DNA of 64,000 nucleotides from NCBI RefSeq assembly GCF_006345805.1, contig NC_043014.1, positions 46,190,001-46,254,000 of the forward strand, in the 5' to 3' direction. Positions 33,965 through 64,000 of the stretch are shown here, piece by piece (position 1 is the first letter of the stretch; the number at the start of each line of letters is the position of its first letter). This DNA comes from Octopus sinensis. Taxonomy: Eukaryota. A program made the translations under genes and the position numbers. The notes below the pieces were generated by a model. That model did no database searches and had not been told where the DNA came from. It saw only the letters and a program-made list of their open reading frames with translations.

Positions 33965-34752
33965 CGCACTTTAGGTCTCACCAAGGAAATGACTAGAGAC
34001 CGAGACCTATGGAAGTATGCTGAGCGTGAGAAGACCCGGCAAGACTAGTGAGACCATAACCCGTGGCCTCTACCTGGTATGTAGCCAGTCGACTTATATG
34101 TACCTTTCCTTCTTGGGACACAAAACTCCACTTGTGAAGACACATTGAGGCAAGTGGAAATCGAAATCAAAATCAAAATCAAATCAAACCAAATCAAATC
34201 AGATATCAGAAAGCAGAACCAAAATCGAAGTCGATCAACATCAATGGAAATTGCGGCTGTGATACCAGTGCCGGTGACAAGTAAGCGAACCATCCGATTG
34301 TGGCCGTTGCCAGCGCCGCCCCGACTGGCCTCCGTGCCGGTGACACGTAAAAAGCACCATCTGTTCGTGGCCATTGCCAGCCTCGCCTGGCCCCCGTGCT
34401 GGTGGCACGTAAAAGCACCATCTGTTCGTGTCCGTTGCCAGCCTCGCCTGGCCCCCGTGCTGGTGGCACGTAAAAGCACCATTCGTTCGTGTCCGTTGCC
34501 AGCCTCGCCAGGCACGTAAAAGTACCATCCGTTCGTGGCCGTTTGCCAGCTCCGTCTGGCTCCTGTGCGGGTGGCACGTAAAAAGCACCCACTACACTCG
34601 CGGAGTGGTTGGCGTTAGGAAAGGCATCCAGCCGTAGAAACACTGCCCGATCAGACTGGGCCTGATGCAGCCTTCTGGCTTCACAGACCCCAGTTGAACC
34701 GTCCAACCCATGCTAGCATGGAAAACAGACGCTAAATGATGATGATGATGAT
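33961..34752 (+). mobile_element. RTE LINE 3' end: ORF2 C-terminus, 3' UTR with tandem subrepeats, (GAT)n tail
   Basis: LRTLGLTKEMTRDRDLWKY...QD* (stop 34048) fits the RTE ORF2 C-terminal pattern L--LGL--EMA-DR--WR. It runs on into the GGTGGCACGTAAAAGCACC repeats and the GAT tail. Confidence 0.75.
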
Positions 34753-35010
34753 ATTATTCAAAGGAATTCAAACTCTGTCTGTTTTTTATGTTTTATTTAT
34801 ATTCTTTATAATATTAGTGTAGAATACAGAATATATAGTATAAATAGTATATATAGTATATATAGTATATATAGTAAAATGAAATGAAGTATTGATTGTC
34901 TTATTGAATAGATGAAATATTGTATATCAAATATTCTGTCTGTTTTTTATGTTGTATTTATATTCTTTATAATATTAGTGTAGAATATAGAATATATAGT
35001 ATAAATAGTA

Positions 35011-36444
35011 TTTTTTATTTTTTTTATTTTATCTAGTTTCAGCTCACGGACTGTGGCCATGCTGGGGCACTGCCATTTGGTGTTGCTACATGATTTTACT
35101 TCACAAATGCTTTTTATCAACTGCCATTTAGTGCATGAGAGAGTTTGATGCAGCTGCCCTCATCTGCACCTCCTGCCGTGAAGTTGGTTCATCTGGGACA
35201 CCTGATAGGAAGAGATCCAGTTTTATTTTAAACACATCTGCATCCACCCCATGCAGGTCTCTCAGGTTCTTCGAGAGGATATTGAAGATCTGTGGGCCTC
35301 GGAAGCCCAGGCTATCACAGTATCTTGTCCTACATCTTGATGGCAAATTTGGAGTCCTTGGCAACATGCAGTGGCGCCCAATTCTAGCATTTGTGTAACT
35401 CTCGATGCCAAAGTTTGGGACAAGTCCTTCTAGGATCTTCCAGATGTATATTATGGCATATCTTTCTCGCCTACGCTTTAAGGAATAGAGTCTTAATCTT
35501 TTGAGTCTTTCCCAGTAGCTTATATGCTGCACAGAGGCTATCTTCTTCGTGTAGCTTCGTTGGATCGCCTCAAGTTCTGTGATTAACTTGACACTGGATG
35601 GTGACCATAGCTGAGAGCAATAGTCAAAGTGGCTTAGGACAAGTGTCCTCCAGAGGACCATCACGGTTTCCTGGTCTCTTGTTCTAATGGTTCTAAGAAT
35701 CCATCCAGTTAGCCGCCTACATTTCATTGCCAATTTAGCAACATGCACATGAAAGGTTGCATCATCACTCATGTAAATACCCAGGTCGCGCACTGATTGT
35801 GTCTCTGGGATTGCAATCCCTCCAGGTCCAGTGTATTTATTGGGTATTGCATTTAGTTTTGCATGCTGATAGCATAAAGCTTGAAATTTTTCAGCATTGA
35901 ACTGCATGCTATTCTTTTCAGCCCACTTGTGTATTTTGTCCAGCTCACATTGCAGGTGCTTAGTGTCTCCAGGGTTCTGTATTGCCTGTGAAACTTTTGT
36001 ATCATCTGCATAACTTGTGATCGTGGCTCTCTGCATGGCTGAGGGCATGTCTGAGAGGGCCATTATGAACAGTAGTGGTCCCAAACCAGTGCCTTGCGGA
36101 ACACCGCTCACTATTTGCGTGTTAATGGAAGTGGCCCCATTGGCTACTACCACCTGACTTCTATCCTTTAGAAGTCATGAAGCCATTCTCCCAGTTTTCC
36201 AACTATGTTGAGATCACGCAGTTTGTGACATATCATTCCATGATCGACTTTATCAAAGGCCTTTGCAAAGTCGAGATATATGACTTCCACATTTGAGTGG
36301 TTGAGCAGTTGTTTCAACACCCAGTCATAGTGTTGTAGGAGCTGAGTTAAGCAGCTTCTTCCTGGTTGGAAACCATGTTGGGTGTCAGGCAGCAAGTAAT
36401 TTTCTTCAAGGAAGGTGATTAGTTTCCTTCTGACTATTCGTTCC
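35011..36444 (-). mobile_element. 5'-truncated CR1-clade LINE (RT), one frameshift, A-rich tail, 19-bp TSD
   Basis: QHGFQPGRSCLTQLL, YLDFAKAFDKVDH, SGVPQG-LGPLLF, YADDT. A 1-nt loss near 36170 separates the two ORFs (HDFL KDRSQVVVANG). TSD ATATATAGTATA(A/T)ATAGTA at 34992-35010 and 36445-36463. Confidence 0.93.
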
Positions 36445-36758
36445 ATATATAGTATATATAGTAAAATGAAATGAAGTATTGATTATCTTATTGAATAGAT
36501 GAAATGTTGAATATCAAATATTAAGGGACTAGTATACTTTCTTGCATTAAAGCAGTATTCAAGGTCCCAGGTTGTGACAGGAGTATTTCAACTGTGGTTG
36601 ACTGGCTGTCTTTTGTCCTTTATATACATTCCTGTGGACAGCAGTAGTAGCTATTAACAATTGAGGATAAAATCTTTAAAAGAAATTATCAGTAGTCAGC
36701 GTGAAAAACCTCGTAAGAGAAAAAATCCGTAAATTCTTCCTCTTTGAAACTATTCATT

Positions 36759-37105
36759 TATATTATAATGAGGGTACTACTATTAGTAGATACCAACACG
36801 CTAAGAGGGACCAATGCGGTCAAAACTACTAAAAATAAACAAAATATTACCGAATGCAAAACTTCAAAACACATCATTTTAAAAAAGAATTCAGTTACAT
36901 ATCACATGTGATTTCGCATTTAATGCAGAATATGCATATTCTGCATTAAATGCGAAATCACATGTGATATGTAACTGAATTCTTTTTTAAAATGATGTGT
37001 TTTGAAGTTTTGCATTCGGTAATATTTTGTTTATTTTTAGTAGTTTTGACCGCATTGGTCCCTCTTAGCGTGTTGGTATCTACTAATAGTAGTACCCTCA
37101 TTATA

Positions 37106-37110
<5 letters not shown>
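36759..37110. repeat. Perfect 352-bp palindrome, no spacer
   Basis: Centre ...GCAGAATATG|CATATTCTGC... between 36934 and 36935; the 176-bp arms match base for base by inspection. Confidence 0.95.
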
Positions 37111-37139
<29 letters not shown>

Positions 37140-37142
<3 letters not shown>

Positions 37143-37451
37143 GAGGCACAATGGCCCAGTGGTTAGGGCAGCAAACTCGCGGTCATAGGATCGCGGTTTC
37201 GATTCCCAGACCGGGCGTTGTGAGTGTTTATTGAGCGAAAACACCTAAAGCCCAACGAGGCTCCGGCAGGGGGTGATGGCGACCCCTGTTGTACTCTTTC
37301 ATTGCAACTTTCTCTCACACTCTTTCTTCTGTTGGCCTGCTCGCTTAGCCAGCGGGGTGGCGTTATTTGAAGGCTAAAACAATGCAAACGCATTGTGACC
37401 AGCGATGTGTAACTACATCTGATGGACTGGTCGGTCACATGATCACGTGAT
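37140..37451 (+). mobile_element. SINE family A, tail type 2
   Basis: Family A head plus tail ...GGGGTGGCGT...GGTCACGTGATA. Also at 50036-50323 (-) and 59496-59795 (+). Confidence 0.85.
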
Positions 37452-37696
37452 ATATATATCACGTAAAAAGCACCATCCGTTCGTGGCCGTTTGCCAGCTC
37501 TGTCTGGCACCTGTGCGGGTGGCACGTAAAAAGCACCCACTACACTCACGGAGTGGTTGGCGTTAGGAAGGGCATCCAACCGTAGAAACACTGCCAGATC
37601 TGACTGGGCCTGATGAAGCCTTCCGGCTTCACAGACCCCAGTTGAACCGTCCAACCCATGCTAGCATGGAAAACGGACGCTAAACGATGATGATGA

Positions 37697-37730
<34 letters not shown>

Positions 37731-37783
37731 GATGGGGAAGAGAGATAAAAACTGAACACACTGAAGCTAGCAATGAAATTATT

Positions 37784-37789
37784 TTTATT
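37784..37789 (-). promoter_or_regulatory. Candidate polyadenylation signal for CFAP91
   Basis: AATAAA on the minus strand ~250 nt downstream of the CFAP91 stop; not verifiable without transcripts. Confidence 0.35.
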
Positions 37790-38033
37790 CACATGTAATG
37801 TAGGGTATATAAAGATCATGTACGCAAAAAAATATATTCATAACTACATGTGAATGTGCATGTTTACATGTAATGCATGTATGTGTGTGTGTATGTGTGT
37901 CTGCGTGTGTGCGTGTGTTCAAATATATATGCATTTATCGACATGTGTGTATGTGTGATTGTGTATATATGTATATGTATGTGTGCGTATGTATGTATGT
38001 ATGTGTTTGCTTCTGCGCCTGTGTGCGTGTGCA

Positions 38034-61648
<23,615 letters not shown>

Positions 61649-61768
61649 CTGTAATATTAAAGACAAAGAGAAGACAAAGCTTTAATTTAGAGAAGCCAAT
61701 GAGGGAATTTCTATGCAGTCATTTGAGTTGCTAGAAATAGAAGTCAGATCTCACAAAAAACACACCCT

Positions 61769-62168
61769 AGGAGTGGCTGTGCCGTAAGTAGCTTGCTAAC
61801 CAACCACATGGTTCCGGGTTCAGTCCCACTGCGTGGCACCTTGGGCAAGTGTCTTCTACTATAGCCTCGGGCCGACCAAAGCCTTGTGAGTGGATTTGGT
61901 AGACAGAAACTGAAAGAAGCCTGTCGAATATATGTATATATATATGTGTGTGCGTGTATGTTTGTGTGTCTGTGTTTGTCCCCCTAGCATTGCTTGACAA
62001 CCGATGCTGGTGTGTTTATGTCCCCGTCACTTAGCGGTTCGGCAAAAGAGACTGATAGGATAAGTACTGGGCTTACAAAGAATAAGTCCCAGGGTCGAGT
62101 TGCTCGACTAAAGGCGGTGCTCCAGCATGGCCGCAGTCAAATGACTGAAACAAGTAAAAGAGTAAAAG
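61769..62168 (+). mobile_element. SINE family C, full length and little diverged
   Basis: Complete element with CpGs retained. A further copy at 63802-64000 runs off the window. Confidence 0.9.
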
Positions 62169-62380
62169 AAAGAGTATTGTCAGAAAAAAATGCAAGGATG
62201 CATTAGATAACATTATGTGGTTTTAGGTACGTGTTAAATATATTACATGGTCATGGGTGGAATGTGTTTGATCATAAATCTGCACAGTCAGAAATTAAGG
62301 AATAATGAGGGAAAAAAGGGACAGAATTCACTTATTTATTTAGTTATTTATTTATTATAACAACATCCAATAGTCTAGTC

Positions 62381-62599
62381 CAGTGGTTTTCAACCAGGGT
62401 TCCGCGGAACCTTAGGGTCCCACCAGTACAGTCCAGGGGTTCCGCAAGAAGTTACAAAACTGCTAAAATCGGCAGTAATTTCTAATACTCCTGTGCAGAT
62501 ATGTGTGCATAAGACTATTAAATTATTGCACAGGGATTCCCCGAGCCAGTGGAATGTTTCCTTGGGGTTCCGCTCCAGCAAAAAGTTTGAAAAGCACTG
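62381..62599. mobile_element. hAT-superfamily MITE with 8-bp TSD
   Basis: CAGTGGTTTTCAA...TTTGAAAAGCACTG flanked by GTCTAGTC on both sides. Confidence 0.9.
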
Positions 62600-62824
62600 G
62601 TCTAGTCAATCATGTGATCACATGAAATTGAACTCTAGTTATTTGTCCTGCTGATGCAGTATATGAACCCCTATAAAGGTCAGCTTGGGCACTTTGTGGA
62701 TGTGAAACCATTGGTCACTCTATGACCAGACATATATTTAACTACATGTAAATTCCTTTTTCTTTGTACTTTAGAATGTGCTTCTTTCTCAGATATGTGA
62801 TCCACTGACAATATATATACGTAT

Positions 62825-63305
62825 CACTCCTGTCACAACCTGGGACCTTGAAGACTGCTATAATGCAAGAAAGTCTACTAGTCCCTTAATATTTTATATT
62901 CAATATTTCATCTATTCAATAAGACAATCAATACATCATTTCATTTTATGATATATATAGTAAATCTCTGAGCGAGGTATAGACATTGTCGTGCGCTGAT
63001 AACGGGTAAATACCCAGAAACCCGGGTCCATGCGTATCACATAGGTTGACGATGGGAAGGATGGCTTCCCTTTGCAAATACCGATAGGGCACAGAAAGTG
63101 TGTCAACAGCCAGCTGGAGAAGATGTTCTCCTGGGGCTACAAGCAACAGTAACATCCACCCTTTGTGGTTAGCCACATTTAAGTGGCTAATATACTTCAC
63201 ATATATATATACTATTTATACTATATATCCTATATTCTACATTAATATTATTATAAAGAATATAAATAAAACATAAAAAACAGAGTTGGAATTCCTTTGA
63301 ATAAT
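62825..63305. repeat. AT-rich dispersed repeat; inverted copy is the LINE target at 34752-35010 + 36445-36600
   Basis: 62825-62960 mirrors 36445-36600 and 63200-63305 mirrors 34755-34850. This copy has an unrelated ~230-bp insert at 62960-63190. Confidence 0.75.
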
Positions 63306-63354
63306 ATATATCCCTCTATATACAATCATACAAACTCCTTTATATTTATATATA

Positions 63355-63405
<51 letters not shown>

Positions 63406-64000
63406 TATATATATATATATAATATATATATATATAGTATATATATATAAAAGAAAGGTAGGGGGCACTGAAAGGGGTCTCAGGGAGTAGCATCCCTGCC
63501 TTACTGAGCTAGTTTTCCATCACACTTCTTAAAAATCATGGTAGAGCCTTGGTCTCAGAACCACCCATGTCTAGAAAGTGACGTTGCAGGTAAGCAAGGG
63601 TATGCTCCCCATAGAAAATCCAGCTCCAAAAATGCCTCATGATAGCAAAGGAGAATGAGCACCAGCCAGCCCAAAGGTTGGGGTGGGATGTACCTGCCTA
63701 TCTCAGTTGCTATGACATTGAGGTAGATCTGCCCAACCCCGTTAACGAGGACAAAACCCAGATTTAAAACACTGGATGATGATGATGATGATGTATGTAT
63801 ACACAGGAGTAGCTGTGTGGTAAGTAGCTTGCTAACCAACCACATGATTCCGGGTTCAGTCCCACTGCATGGCATCTTGGGCAAGTGTCTTCTGCTATAG
63901 CCCCGGGCTGACCAATGCCTTGTGAGTGGATTTGGTAGACGGAAACTGAAAGAAGCCTGTCGTATATATGTATATATATGTATATGTATGTCTGTGTTTG

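Noticed and set aside
37610-37635. CTGATGA-AGCC-ttcc-GGCT hairpin as a hammerhead
   Set aside because: No GAAA follows; the motif arises by mutation of the RTE tail.
62960-63190. GC/CpG-richer insert as a CFAP91 upstream exon or TE coding fragment
   Set aside because: No phase-compatible AG/GT frame resembling CFAP91 and no recognisable TE motif; left unclassified.

Overview
AT-rich, repeat-dense animal genomic DNA. The SINE, microsatellite and RTE landscape looks like an octopus or other coleoid cephalopod (inferred, not proven). From left to right: (1) a ~12.1 kb array of a 62-bp satellite (~195 copies, open at the window edge) with a gradient of variants; (2) a decayed gag/ORF1-like zinc-knuckle element containing a 149/164-bp higher-order tandem repeat; (3) a complete six-coding-exon minus-strand gene for an Alba-domain RNase P/MRP subunit (RPP25/RPP25L-like, 181 aa, 19027-27531); (4) a CpG-rich intergenic zone (28.4-33.2 kb) with fold-back elements and a chain of splice-compatible small exons that may be an unannotated gene; (5) a young CR1-clade LINE with a 19-bp TSD, an RTE 3' end and a perfect 352-bp spacerless palindrome; (6) the last ten coding exons of CFAP91 (MAATS1/AAT-1) on the minus strand (38034-61648; the 5' part was not found in the window). 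The most notable signal is a set of hammerhead ribozyme motifs in Penelope-like fragments. One, at 27050-27129, has an intact catalytic core. Another sits in what looks like a tRNA-headed, hammerhead-tailed SINE at 43.5-44.1 kb. All coordinates and translations were derived by hand, and repeat boundaries are approximate.
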